Notes: generated by a model not told the origin, from the letters alone. Numbered from the stretch's first letter, positions 19,161 through 29,800 are shown. The stretch: DNA of 64,000 nucleotides from an uncultured Acidobacteriota bacterium (GCA_963822445.1 CAWGHO010000002.1:2048001-2112000); one strand, 5' to 3'. Program-made: numbers and translations.

Positions 19161-19678
19161 ACCGCACCGTCGCCATCATCGGATTGATTCTCGCCGCCGC
19201 GCTGGTCGGCGTACTGTTCGTCGGACTGGGCAAGGATCCGTCGAAGATCCGCTCGCCGCGCATCGGCAAGCCCGCGCCGTCGTTTGCGCTGCGCGAAGTC
19301 GGCACGGGACAGACCGTCGATCTGGCGGCGTTCAAAGGCAAGCCGGTGGTCATCAACTTCTGGGCGACCTGGTGTGGACCTTGTTGGGAAGAGCATCCCG
19401 TGCTCGTCGCGAATGCGCGGAGACTCCAGCCGAACGTGCAGTTCCTCGGCGTGGTGTTCGACGACACCGAGCAGAAGATTCTCAGCTTCCTCCAGCAGCG
19501 CGGCTCGGGGTATCCAACCCTCGTCGATGAAAAAGGCAAGACCGCGATTGCCTATGGCGTCGGCGGCGTGCCGGAGACGTTCTTCCTCGACGCGAACGGC
19601 GTCATCGTGGCGAAGTTCAACGGCCCCATGTCGACCGATGACCTGCAGGAAAATCTGCAAAAGGCGTATCGCCAGTGA
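19157..19678 (+). CDS. ccmG: Thiol-disulfide oxidoreductase CcmG/DsbE
   Basis: N-terminal TM, NFWATWCGPC, GVPETF. Confidence 0.9.
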   Translation: MNRTVAIIGLILAAALVGVLFVGLGKDPSKIRSPRIGKPAPSFALREVGTGQTVDLAAFKGKPVVINFWATWCGPCWEEHPVLVANARRLQPNVQFLGVVFDDTEQKILSFLQQRGSGYPTLVDEKGKTAIAYGVGGVPETFFLDANGVIVAKFNGPMSTDDLQENLQKAYRQ

Positions 19679-20160
19679 TCGCGATTCTTCTGCTTCTTCT
19701 TCAGCTGAAAGTGCCCGATGCCGCGCAGTTCGTCGGCGCTCCGCAAGGCGCTCCGATCGCCGGCGCGCGACTCGACGAGCGGACGAACGACGTTTCCGCC
19801 CTGCTGCGCTGCCCGGTCTGCCAGGGCATGGCCGTCGCTGACTCGAAGGCGGAAATGGCCGTGAACATGAAGGCCCAGGTCCGCGAGCTCCTCGAGCGCG
19901 GCTACACCGAAGAACAGATCCTCAAATACTTCGAGCTCTCCTACGGCCAGTTCGTGCTGCTCGAGCCGAAGTTCGAAGGCTTCACCTCGCTGGTCTGGCT
20001 CCTGCCCGTCATCGCCCTCGCAATCGGCGCGGCAGTCGTGTTCTTCAAACTGCGCAAACTCGAGAAGCCCCACCCCGTAACCCCGCAACCCCGTAACCCC
20101 GAAACCGAAGATCCCTATCTCACCCGCGTCCGCGATCTCGTCGGCAAAGGAAAACCATGA
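19675..20160 (+). CDS. ccmH: Cytochrome c maturation protein CcmH
   Basis: LRCPVCQG, YGQFVLLEP, C-terminal TM. Confidence 0.92.
   Translation: MIAILLLLLQLKVPDAAQFVGAPQGAPIAGARLDERTNDVSALLRCPVCQGMAVADSKAEMAVNMKAQVRELLERGYTEEQILKYFELSYGQFVLLEPKFEGFTSLVWLLPVIALAIGAAVVFFKLRKLEKPHPVTPQPRNPETEDPYLTRVRDLVGKGKP
20072..20103 (+). repeat. Octamer tandem repeat (ACCCCGNA)x4 inside ccmH
   Basis: accccgta accccgca accccgta accccgaa. Confidence 0.8.
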
Positions 20161-21407
20161 ACCCACCCACCGATTGGACCAGCGCGATCGCCATCGGTAT
20201 CGCGGGCCTGATCCTCGGCGCGCTCCTGATCTACTTCTTCACCCGCCGCAAGAGCGGGCCGGTCATCGAGAGCGATCTCGATCGCAAAGACCTCGAAGCG
20301 AAACGCGACGCCCTCGTCGCGCAACTGCGCGCTCTGCCGGACGACGCAATCGACGAGCGCTCGCGCCTCGAATCCGAGACCGCGTCGGTCCTACGCTCAC
20401 TCGACAAATGGGGAGCGGCCGTCTCGGCCGCATCGACGGGACGTCCCGTCCCGTCGTCAACCATGGACCCTACAGTCAAAGGCTTCCTCTGGGGCTCCGC
20501 TTCAACCGCCGCCCTCGCCGCCCTCCTCTACTTCGTCATGCAGGCCGCCACACCGCGTCCCGAAGGCGAAATGGCCACCGGCGGCTTCCCGACACAACAG
20601 GGCCAGCAGTCCACCGCCGCACCCGATCCGGTGATCGCGCAACTCGAGGCCGCCGTTAAAAACAACCCGAACAACACCACCGCCCGCCTCGATCTCGCGC
20701 AGCTCTATCTCGAGCGCGACAACATGATGGGCGTCTTCGAGCAGACCAAAGTCGTCCTCGAGCGCGAGCCGCAGAACAGCCGCGCGCTGACCTTGGCCGC
20801 ACTCGTTCGAATGGCCATGGGCGAAGCCGAATCGGCCGTGCAGATGCTGCAGCAGGCCACCAGCGTCGATCCGATGAATCTCGATTCGCGCGTCGCTCTT
20901 GCCTGGATTTACGCGCAGACGAACCGGGTCCCCGAAGCGGAAGCCGCGATCGCTGACGCCGTGCGCGTCTCGCCGGAGAACAAGGCCCGCCTCGAAGAAG
21001 TGCTCACGCAGATGAAGGCCCACGCGGCGATGCCGCAGCAGCAGGCCGCGCAAGCTCCGCAGACCGCGCCCGCTGCACCAGCGGCGGCGGCGAGCGGTCC
21101 CGGCGTCACCGTGAACATCGCCCTCGACCCCGGCGCGCAAAGCCGCTCCGGCGTCCTGTTCGTGATCGCCCGCAATCCGCAGGGCGGCCCACCCGTCGCC
21201 GTCAAACGGGTCATGGCCTCGTCGTTCCCGATGACCGTGCAACTGACGTCCGCCGATTCGATGCTCGGCCAGCCGCTCCCCGCATCCTTCCGCGTGGAAG
21301 CCCGACTCGACAGCGACGGCAACGCGACCACGAAACCACCCACCGACCCCAGCGCGTTTCAGGATGGTGTCGGGCCGGGTGCGGCCGTCGCGTTGTCGTT
21401 GAAATGA
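20157..21407 (+). CDS. CcmI/CycH-like TPR protein
   Basis: Two TM helices, TPR repeats, C-terminal LFVIAR...GPPVAVKR...FP...L...DSM...ARLD.DG domain; last gene of the ccm operon. Confidence 0.8.
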   Translation: MNPPTDWTSAIAIGIAGLILGALLIYFFTRRKSGPVIESDLDRKDLEAKRDALVAQLRALPDDAIDERSRLESETASVLRSLDKWGAAVSAASTGRPVPSSTMDPTVKGFLWGSASTAALAALLYFVMQAATPRPEGEMATGGFPTQQGQQSTAAPDPVIAQLEAAVKNNPNNTTARLDLAQLYLERDNMMGVFEQTKVVLEREPQNSRALTLAALVRMAMGEAESAVQMLQQATSVDPMNLDSRVALAWIYAQTNRVPEAEAAIADAVRVSPENKARLEEVLTQMKAHAAMPQQQAAQAPQTAPAAPAAAASGPGVTVNIALDPGAQSRSGVLFVIARNPQGGPPVAVKRVMASSFPMTVQLTSADSMLGQPLPASFRVEARLDSDGNATTKPPTDPSAFQDGVGPGAAVALSLK

Positions 21408-21420
21408 CGTACACTCCGCC

Positions 21421-21500
21421 AACAGCCTCGGGGTGGCCATTGCGGCCTGAGATCACACCCGCGGAACCTGACCCGGTTCGGACCGGCGTAGGGAAGGCAG
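21421..21500 (+). ncRNA. TPP (thiamine pyrophosphate) riboswitch
   Basis: GGGGTG...CTGAGA..CACCC..GAACCTGA.CCGGTT...ACCGGCGTAGGGAA consensus; P1 GCCT/AGGC; 3' end overlaps the RBS of the next gene. Confidence 0.93.
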
Positions 21501-23531
21501 ATGACGGACATACTCTTTTTTCTTCTCGCACTCACTCTCGACGACACCCAACAACTTCCAACCGATCCCCGCTTTGCCGAGACGATGGTCGTCTCCGCGA
21601 TCCGCGCGGATGACGAGACCCCGGTCACGAAGAGCGACCTCGATCGCCAGGAGCTCGAAGAGCGCTATCACGGCCAGGACGTGCCGCTGCTCCTGCGCGA
21701 CACTCCTTCGATCAACGCCTACATCGAGTCGGGCGTTGGCGGCGCGGGCTACTCGTACATCAGTCTGCGCGGCATCGGCTCGTCGCGCATCAACTTCACG
21801 CTCGATGGCGTTCCGCTCGCTGATTCCGAGGATATGGCCACGTATTTCGCGGACTTCCCGGATCTTGCGCGCTCGCTGGAGAGCATTCAGATCCAGCGCG
21901 GCGTGGGGACGTCGACCGTCGGCTCCGCGTCATACGGCGGCTCGGTGAACATGGAGAGCATCGACCTCGCCCAGGATTCCGCGGTCGACGCGACGCTCGG
22001 AGCGGGCTCGTTCGGAAACCGGCAGGCCAGCGTCGGCTATCACTCCGGCGTGCTGCCCGGCGACTTCTCGCTCTACACGCGGCTCTCGTATCTCGAGAGC
22101 GACGGCTTCCGCGACAACTCCGGCATGCGCCAGCGCAACCTCTTCTTCAGCGGTGCGAAGCAGCTCGGCGACGCGCAGCAGCTCAAGCTCACCGGCTTTT
22201 CCGGTCACGAGCGGCAGCAACTCTCGTTCTACGCGACCGATGCCGACACGCTGAAGAACGACCTGCGCTCCAATCCGTTGCGCGGCGATGAGAAGGACAG
22301 CTTCGGCTACGACCTGGCCCAGTTGCAGTACATCCGCGCCATCGATTCACGCTCGGACATGACCGCGTCGGCCTACTACCAGCGCGGTTACGGCTGGTAC
22401 CGGCTGTTCGACTTCGGAAGTGACGTTCTGCGCGAGTACGGCCTCGATGGAACGCTCGTCGGCGGCATGCTCACCTACTCACACACAAACGGGGCGATGA
22501 CCATCAACAGCGGTTTGCATGTGAACCGCTTCAAGCGCGATCACACCCGCGACGATCTTTCGCTCGACGTTCGCGACTATGCGAATTACGGCGTGAAAGG
22601 GGAGGCCAACGCCTTCGCCAAGGTGAGCTGGGATCGCGAGCGCCTGCATCTCTACGGCGACGCCCAGGTCCGCTACGCTGATTTCGAATACCACGGCGAC
22701 GTGGACGTCGCGCCGATCTCCTGGACATTCTTCAATCCCAAGATCGGCGCTCGCTACACGCTCACGCCGGCGTCGACGGTGTACGGATCGTTCGGTCTGA
22801 CCACGCGCGAGCCGGCCCGCAATGACTTCTTCCACGGCGACGACAATCCCGCCGTCGCGTACGACCCTCGCGCGGTGAAGCCGGAGCGGGTGTACGACCT
22901 CGAGCTGGGCTGGAACTATCGTGCGGCGAACGTCGGACTCGCGGCGAATCTTTACGCGATGGAGTTCCGCAACGAGATCGCCGCTACCGGCGAGCTGTCG
23001 GACATCGGTTTGCCGCTGCGCCGCAACGTCGATCGCAGTTTCCGCCGCGGCCTCGAGCTGGAAGCGGATTGGCGCGTCGTGCCTTCGCTCCGCCTGCGCA
23101 CGAGTGCGAATCTCAGCCGCAATCAGATCGACGAATGGACGCAGTTCTACGACACCGGATCGATCACCTACCGCGACGTGGAGCCGCTGCTCACCCCGAG
23201 CGTGATCGTCAGCCAGTCACTCGAATACCGCCCCCTCACCGCCCTCACTCTGGGCGCAACCGGGCGGTGGGTAGGGGAGTCGTATCTCGACAACACCAAC
23301 CATCCCGATCTGACCACGCCGTCGTTCTTCACCGTCGACGCGACCGCCGCTTACGCGCTGAGCGATCGCGTCCGGTTCACCCTGCAGATCAACAACGCCC
23401 TGAACAACGACCTCATCTATCCGAGCGGCTACAGCTACCTCTACCTCGACAACGGCGCCGCGGCGGGCATCCCGTATTACTACCCGCAGGCGACGCGGAA
23501 CGCGGTGGTGTTGGTGGATCTGGACTTTTGA
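21501..23531 (+). CDS. TonB-dependent receptor, probably for thiamine
   Basis: TonB box ETMVVSA, plug ISLRG...RINFTLDGVPL...IQIQRG, C-terminal Phe; downstream of TPP riboswitch. Confidence 0.9.
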   Translation: MTDILFFLLALTLDDTQQLPTDPRFAETMVVSAIRADDETPVTKSDLDRQELEERYHGQDVPLLLRDTPSINAYIESGVGGAGYSYISLRGIGSSRINFTLDGVPLADSEDMATYFADFPDLARSLESIQIQRGVGTSTVGSASYGGSVNMESIDLAQDSAVDATLGAGSFGNRQASVGYHSGVLPGDFSLYTRLSYLESDGFRDNSGMRQRNLFFSGAKQLGDAQQLKLTGFSGHERQQLSFYATDADTLKNDLRSNPLRGDEKDSFGYDLAQLQYIRAIDSRSDMTASAYYQRGYGWYRLFDFGSDVLREYGLDGTLVGGMLTYSHTNGAMTINSGLHVNRFKRDHTRDDLSLDVRDYANYGVKGEANAFAKVSWDRERLHLYGDAQVRYADFEYHGDVDVAPISWTFFNPKIGARYTLTPASTVYGSFGLTTREPARNDFFHGDDNPAVAYDPRAVKPERVYDLELGWNYRAANVGLAANLYAMEFRNEIAATGELSDIGLPLRRNVDRSFRRGLELEADWRVVPSLRLRTSANLSRNQIDEWTQFYDTGSITYRDVEPLLTPSVIVSQSLEYRPLTALTLGATGRWVGESYLDNTNHPDLTTPSFFTVDATAAYALSDRVRFTLQINNALNNDLIYPSGYSYLYLDNGAAAGIPYYYPQATRNAVVLVDLDF

Positions 23532-24088
23532 CCCTCTTCGAAATCCTCGCCGCCCTCATCACCCTGACCAGCATCTACCTGGCCACGCGCGAGAACGTCT
23601 GGTACTACCCGACCGGCATCGTCAGCGTGGTGATGTACGCCTGGGTCTACTTCGGCGCGCGGCTTTATGCCGAGGCGGGGTTGCAGGGGGTGTGGCTGGT
23701 CTTGCTGGTTTATGGATGGTGGGCGTGGCTGTACGGCGGGAAGAATCACACCGAGTTGCCGGTCACGCGCACGCCGCGCTGGGCCTGGATCGCCGTGATC
23801 GTCAGCGGCGCGGCCATGACCGTGATCATCGTCGCCATCCAGCGCAACTTCACCGACAACCCCGCGCCGTTCGTCGATTCCTCGATCGCTGCGTGGAGCA
23901 TCGTCGCGCAGTGGATGACTGCGCGGAAGTGGCTCGAGAACTGGCTGTTCTGGATCGCCGTCAACGCCGTGGCCGTGCCGCTCTACATCACCCGCGCGCT
24001 GTGGCCGACAGCCGCGCTCTACGCAATCCTCTTCGTCCTCGGTATCGAAGGCTGGCGCAAATGGCGACGCTCACTCGCATCTGCCTGA
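23528..24088 (+). CDS. pnuC: PnuC-family vitamin transporter (PnuT-like by context)
   Basis: TTG start overlapping the receptor stop; LYAEAGLQ..YGWWAW, DS...SIVAQWMTARKWLENWLFW. Confidence 0.9.
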   Translation: MTLFEILAALITLTSIYLATRENVWYYPTGIVSVVMYAWVYFGARLYAEAGLQGVWLVLLVYGWWAWLYGGKNHTELPVTRTPRWAWIAVIVSGAAMTVIIVAIQRNFTDNPAPFVDSSIAAWSIVAQWMTARKWLENWLFWIAVNAVAVPLYITRALWPTAALYAILFVLGIEGWRKWRRSLASA

Positions 24089-24621
24089 CCGGTCCGGAGT
24101 GCACCGGCAAGACTGTTTTGGCCGCGGCACTCGCTCGCGAGCTGAACACGGTGTGGGTTCCGGAGTTCGCGCGCGAGCACGCCGAAACGTGTGGCCACGA
24201 GCTCAGCGCCGCCGACGTCGAGCCGATCGCGCGCGGGCAGATGGCGAATGAAGATCGTGTAACGCCCTCAGCCGACCGCGTTCTGCTGCTCGATACCGAC
24301 CTGATCTCCACCGTCGTCTACGCGCGTCACTACTACGGCTCCTGCCCGCGATGGATCGAAGAGGAAGCGCGGCGGCGCCGCGCCGATCTGTATCTCCTGC
24401 TCGACACTGACGTTCCCTGGAACCCGGATTCGGTGCGCGATGCGGGCGGTGATGAACGGGAGGATCTCTTCGACGCGTTCCGCGCGGCGCTGGATGAATT
24501 CGAAACGAGGTGGGAGATCGTCAGCGGCGACCGCGACGCGCGGCGCGCTTACGCGGCGCTCGCGATATCCACGGTGATCAGCAGCAGACACCCTTCCTCG
24601 GACGCCACGATATCCCCATGA
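24061..24621 (+). CDS. NadR-type P-loop kinase domain protein (AAA_28-like)
   Basis: ICLTGPECTGKT, VPEFARE, LLDTD, DLYLLLDTDVPW..D..R; no adenylyltransferase or HTH domain. Confidence 0.85.
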   Translation: MATLTRICLTGPECTGKTVLAAALARELNTVWVPEFAREHAETCGHELSAADVEPIARGQMANEDRVTPSADRVLLLDTDLISTVVYARHYYGSCPRWIEEEARRRRADLYLLLDTDVPWNPDSVRDAGGDEREDLFDAFRAALDEFETRWEIVSGDRDARRAYAALAISTVISSRHPSSDATISP

Positions 24622-25025
24622 TGCGAGCTCGCCTCGGCGTGATGGAAATCGCCGGGGTTGAGCGCCAGCGCGCCGATGCGGCAGCTGCCGCGGATCACGA
24701 ACGAGTCCTCGCCCCCTTCGTGATCGTGCGCGGGGAGCATGGCCAGTGGCTCGAGATCGAGGAGGAAGCTCATCGTGCCGCGACGAAGATCTTTGTTGAG
24801 GCGCTTCGTCCGCGCACCGGGCGCGCACGTCGTCCAGCGGCCTTCATCCTGACGGACGGTCACCGACTCGTGCTCGCCGGGGACGCTCTCATCGAGCTGC
24901 TGGCGGCCGCGGACCGCGGCGAGGACGCGCGCGCGAACGAACGCCGGCGGCTCGATCGGCTCGATCGACTCCGCGGCGATGCCGTCCAGCATCTCCAATT
25001 CTTCTCGTGTCAGCGCATCGCTCAT
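24549..25025 (-). CDS. ChrR-like cupin protein (putative anti-sigma factor)
   Basis: PP..VRARVL helix, then LPAHDHEGGEDSFVIRG...PGDFHH....SHH cupin motif; ATGA overlap with the sigma-like gene. Confidence 0.8.
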   Translation of the reverse strand: MSDALTREELEMLDGIAAESIEPIEPPAFVRARVLAAVRGRQQLDESVPGEHESVTVRQDEGRWTTCAPGARTKRLNKDLRRGTMSFLLDLEPLAMLPAHDHEGGEDSFVIRGSCRIGALALNPGDFHHAEASSHHGDIVASEEGCLLLITVDIASAA

Positions 25026-25414
25026 TTCGTCTGGCGCCCCGCAACCTCGAGCCGAAGCTCGCTCATTCCGGTCCGGAGCATCGCCCGAACCGTTTCTTCC
25101 GGCAGAGAATACACGCGAGCGAGGTCGGCCACGGACATCCCGCCGTAGAACGCGGCCTCGACGAGCTGCCGTGGAGCCGGTCTCATCCCGGATGGTTCTA
25201 CGGACGGCGCGGTCGACCGGTCGTATCGGGTCAGCGCTTTCTCGCGCGTCAGGCGCACCAACTCGGCCAGTTCGGCCGGCACTGAGGCCGAGGTGAAGAT
25301 CTCCTCGAGAACCGCTGCCGCTGCCGTTTCGTCGCCGGTGATGCGGAGCGCCAGTGCAAAAAGCCGCGGCGCGTGCGCATCGTACAGAGCGATGATGTCG
25401 GAGGAAGATGACAC
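25022..25414 (-). CDS. Short, degenerate ECF sigma factor-like protein (about 130 aa)
   Basis: Region 2-like LYDAHAPRLFALALRITGD and region 4-like AFYGGMSVADLARVYSLPEETVRAMLR; GTG start inferred. Confidence 0.7.
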   Translation of the reverse strand: MSSSSDIIALYDAHAPRLFALALRITGDETAAAAVLEEIFTSASVPAELAELVRLTREKALTRYDRSTAPSVEPSGMRPAPRQLVEAAFYGGMSVADLARVYSLPEETVRAMLRTGMSELRLEVAGRQTK

Positions 25415-25432
25415 GGGAGCCCCAAGTTTAGC

Positions 25433-25470
25433 CGACCTGACAACCTGATAACCTGACAACCCGACAACCA
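25433..25470 (+). repeat. Octamer tandem repeat (CAACCTGA-like)x4-5
   Basis: cgacctga caacctga taacctga caacccga caacca in the divergent intergenic gap. Confidence 0.8.
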
Positions 25471-25472
25471 AA

Positions 25473-26009
25473 ATGAACTGGCTCCTCAAGAACTTCCTCC
25501 GCGGCCTGGTCATCGTCGTCCCGATCGCGCTCACCGTCTATCTGCTCTTCCAGGCCTTTCTCGCGCTCGATCAGATCCTCAAGCTGCGCTATCCCGGTCT
25601 CGGTGTCGCCGTCCTGCTCCTGGCCACGATCGCCATCGGTGCGCTGACGTCGAACTTCGTCGGACGGCGGGTCTTCGGGCTCACCGAGATGATGTTCACC
25701 AAGGCGCCGATCGTCAGGATCATCTACGCGGCCATCAAGGATCTGCTGGAAGCCTTCGTCGGGAACAAGCGCCGCTTCGATCGGCCGGTCACGGTGATGG
25801 TCGGCGAGCACGCGAAGATGCTCGGGTTCATCACCCAGGAAGAGCTCGGTGCGCTCGGGTCGGCGGGAGAGATCGCGGTGTACGTCCCCTTCTCCTACAC
25901 CTGGGACGGTTGCCTGATGATCGTGCCGCGGGAACGCGTCCAGCCGCTCTCCGTGGACAGCGCGAGCGTGCTCGCGTTCGCTGTCTCCGGCGGCGTCTCA
26001 AAGGTCTGA
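25473..26009 (+). CDS. DUF502 family membrane protein
   Basis: FLRGLVIVVPIALT, PIVRIIYAAIKD, LGFIT, VYVP, VSGG. Confidence 0.88.
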   Translation: MNWLLKNFLRGLVIVVPIALTVYLLFQAFLALDQILKLRYPGLGVAVLLLATIAIGALTSNFVGRRVFGLTEMMFTKAPIVRIIYAAIKDLLEAFVGNKRRFDRPVTVMVGEHAKMLGFITQEELGALGSAGEIAVYVPFSYTWDGCLMIVPRERVQPLSVDSASVLAFAVSGGVSKV

Positions 26010-26116
26010 GCCGGTACCACCGGCGGCGTTGATGTTTGAGATCGCTTGGACGCGCATTCAGGACGCGCGTGATGAGGGCGGAGCGACTGACGCAGCGGGC
26101 CGTGCCCGCCAACGTC

Positions 26117-26146
26117 TTGCATCACAAAATGTTTCGCATATGATGC
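26117..26146 (+). promoter_or_regulatory. Candidate sigma70 promoter of the act/cox operon
   Basis: TTGCAT-N16-TATGAT in an AT-rich patch, overlapped by inverted repeat GCATCA...TGATGC. Confidence 0.45.
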
Positions 26147-26212
26147 GCGACGCCGCGCGAGCCCGCGCGTGGTGTCGTACGGCAGTTGCCTGCCCCCTCG
26201 CATTGAACTCTC

Positions 26213-26860
26213 ATGGCTCAAATCTTCGACCGTAGTGCGAACACACTGTCTCGCGTGACGATCTTCGGCGCGATCTTCATTGCCGGGTTCGTCTTGTGGG
26301 TCATCGGAGGCATCGTCCGTTCGCCCTACTTCACCAATCAGGGCATCGCCCGGGAGCAGCCCGTTCCCTTCAGCCATCAGCATCACGTCGGCGGCCTGGG
26401 CATCGATTGCCGCTACTGCCACACCAGCGTCGAGACCTCCAACTTCGCCGGCATCCCGCCCACCTCCACCTGCATGAACTGCCACTCGCAGATCTGGACC
26501 AACGCGGAGATGCTCGAGCCCATCCGGGCCAGCTTCCGGAACAACCGCCCCATTCGCTGGAGCCGGGTCCATCGTCTGCCGGACTTCGTCCAGTTCAACC
26601 ACAGCATTCACGTGCACAAAGGCATCGGCTGCGCGACCTGCCACGGGCGCATCGACAGGATGAACCTCGTGTCCCAGGCCTCGCCCCTGACCATGGAGTG
26701 GTGCCTGAACTGCCATCGCAATCCCGAGAAGTACATCAGGCCGCGTGAAGAGGTCTTCAACATGGCCTACGTCCCGAAGAATCAGGCTGCACTCGGCCCG
26801 AAGCTCGTCCAGGAGTACGGGGTGAAGAAGATGACGAGCTGTTCGGTGTGCCACTACTGA
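26213..26860 (+). CDS. actA: Alternative complex III pentaheme cytochrome c
   Basis: N-terminal TM; five CxxCH (CRYCH, CMNCH, CATCH, CLNCH, CSVCH); QPVPFSH..H. Confidence 0.93.
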   Translation: MAQIFDRSANTLSRVTIFGAIFIAGFVLWVIGGIVRSPYFTNQGIAREQPVPFSHQHHVGGLGIDCRYCHTSVETSNFAGIPPTSTCMNCHSQIWTNAEMLEPIRASFRNNRPIRWSRVHRLPDFVQFNHSIHVHKGIGCATCHGRIDRMNLVSQASPLTMEWCLNCHRNPEKYIRPREEVFNMAYVPKNQAALGPKLVQEYGVKKMTSCSVCHY

Positions 26861-26861
26861 C

Positions 26862-29800
26862 ATGAGCGATCCCAAGAATCTCGATTTCACCGAGTTCCGC
26901 CAGCGCGTCGGCGATCTTCGCGGCCGCGAGTTCTGGCGGAGCCTCGAGGAGCTCTCGCGCAGCGATGCGTTCGACGAGTTCTTCGAACAGGAGTTCCCGC
27001 AGCAGGCGTTGCCGCTGCAGAAGGGCGTCGACCGCCGCAACTTCATGAAGCTGATGGGCGCCTCGGTGGCGATGGCCGGCCTCGCGGCCTGCCGCCAGCC
27101 GAACGAGACGATCATCCCGTACGTCAATCAGCCCGAGAACCTGATCCCCGGCAAGCCGCTGTTCTTCGCCAGCGCCATGACCCTCGGCGGCGTCGCGACG
27201 GGCGTGCTCGTCGAGAGTCACATGCACCGCCCGACGAAGATCGAGGGCAATCCCGAGCATCCTTCCAGTCTCGGCGCCAGCGATTCCTTCATGCAGGCCT
27301 CGGTGCTCGGCCTCTACGATCCCGACCGCTCCCAGGTCGTGCGCAAGCTCGGTGACACCGCGACCTGGTCCGAATTCCTCGGCGCATTGCAGCCGGTACT
27401 CAACGCCGCGAAAACCAACGGCGCCGGATTGCGGATCCTCACCCAGACCATCACCTCACCGACCCTCGGCGCGCAAATCCAGGCGCTGCTCGCGCAGTAC
27501 CCGGGCATGAAGTGGCATCAGTGGGAAGCCGTGAGCCGCGACAACGTGCGCGCCGGCGCCCGCATGGCCTTCGGCAGCGACGCCAGCGTGCATTACGACT
27601 TCACCAAAGCCAACGTCGTCGTCTCCCTCGGCTCCGATTTCCTCGGCGAAGGCCCGGGACATCTCCGTTATGCACGCGATTTCATGTCGCGCCGCAAGGT
27701 CCGCCACGGCAAGACCCAGTCGATCAACCGCCTTTACGCAATTGAAGCCAGCGTGACCCAGACCGGAACCGTTGCCGATCACCGCCTCGGCGTGAAGCCG
27801 TCGCAGATCGAAGAGCTCGCGCGGCAGTTGCTGGCGGGAAATTCGGGCAACGCCGTCCTGCAGGCCGCGATCAAGGATCTTCAGGCCAATCGCGGCGCGA
27901 GCATCGTCATTGCCGGCGACGAGCAACCCGCCGCCGTTCACGCGATCGCTCACGCGCTCAATTCGCAACTCGGAAACATCGGCACGACGGTGATGGTCAC
28001 CGACTCGATCGAAGTCGCGCCGGTCAATCAGCTCGATTCCCTGCGCCAGCTCGTTCGCGACATCAACGCCGGCGCCGTCAACGGCCTGATCATCCTCGGC
28101 GGCAATCCCGTCTTCGACGCGCCGAGCGACATGCATTTCGGCAAATTGCTCGACACCGTGCCGTTCCGCGCGCATCTCTCGCTCTATTACGACGAGACGT
28201 CGATGCGCTGCCAGTGGCACATCCCCGATGTTCACTATCTCGAGACCTGGGGCGACGCCCGCGCGCACGACGGCACGATCTCCATCATCCAGCCGCTGAT
28301 TGCCCCGCTCTACAACGGCCGCTCCGCGCACGAGGTCCTCGGCGCCCTGATCGGCGGCCTCGATCAAACGCCATATCAAACCGTGCGCAATTACTGGTTC
28401 AGCAAAGGCGCTACCGAAGACACGTGGCGCAAATGGCTCCACGACGGCTTCATCTCGGGTAGCGCACTGCCGGTTCGCGCAGCGTCGGCGGCGTTCAACC
28501 CCGCAACCCCGCAACCCAGTAACCCCGCAACCGGTATCGAACTGGAACTCCGCCACGATCCGACGATCTACGACGGCCGCTTCGCCAATAACGCCTGGCT
28601 CCAGGAGCTCCCCAAGCCGCACACGAAGATCACCTGGGACAACGCCCTGATCATCGGACCGCGGCTCTCCGAGAAAATCGGCTTCACGGCCGAAGAGCGC
28701 GATCCCCTCGTCAATGAGAAGCAGACGCGGTTCGCCGAAGTCACGTATCGCGGCGTGACCATGCGGCTGCCGGTATGGGTCCTTCCCGGCCAGCCCGACG
28801 ACGTGGCCACGATTTACTTCGGTTACGGCCGCACGCACTCGGGCGGAATCGGCAACGGCAAAGGCTTCAACACGTATCCGTTCCGCTACGCCGACGCACT
28901 GCATGGCGGCGGTGGCGCGAAGATCGTCATGTCCGACGCCGCGCCGCGGATCTATGGCATCGCCTGCACGCAGGAACATCAGTCCATCGATCCGAAGCTC
29001 GTCGGCGAGCGCGGATTAATTCGCGCGGCGACCTTCGAGGGCTACAAGCAGAATCCGAACTTCGCGAAAGACCCGCATCACGGCAGCGACGTCACCGGTC
29101 ACGGCGACGAGTCGATGTACGAGCCGTACGACTACAGCAAAGAGCACGCGTGGGCGATGGTCATTGACACGTCCGTGTGCACCGGCTGTAATGGCTGCGT
29201 TGTCGCCTGTCAGGCCGAGAACAACATCGCCGTCGTCGGCAAGGAAGAAGTAATCCGCGAGCGCGAGCTGCACTGGTTGCGCATCGACCGCTATTTCCGC
29301 GGCAATCCGGATAATCCCGAGGTTTATCACGAGCCGGTGCCTTGCATGCAGTGTGAGAACGCGCCGTGCGAGCCGGTTTGTCCCGTCGAAGCGACCTCCC
29401 ACAGCGCGGAAGGTCTGAACGACATGACCTACAACCGCTGCGTCGGCACGCGTTACTGCTCGAACAACTGCCCATACAAAGTGCGGCGTTTCAATTTCTT
29501 CGGATATTCCGATTACGACACGCCGGCATTGAAGCCGATGCGCAATCCCGACGTCACCGTGCGTACCCGCGGCGTAATGGAAAAGTGCACGTATTGCGTA
29601 CAGCGCATCCGCGCCGGACAGATCGAGGCGAAGAAGCAGGGTCGCCGCGTGAAAGATGGTGAAGTCGTGACGGCCTGTCAGCAGGCTTGCCCGACTGAGG
29701 CCATCGTGTTCGGGGACATGAACGATCCCAACAGCGCGGTTGCGCAACTCAAGGCGCAACCGACGCATTACGCGTTGCTCGAGGAACTGCAGACCCGTCC

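Noticed and set aside
24549-24621. 73-bp convergent overlap of the kinase and cupin genes as a regulatory device
   Set aside because: Easily explained by stop-codon drift in GC-rich DNA; no further support.
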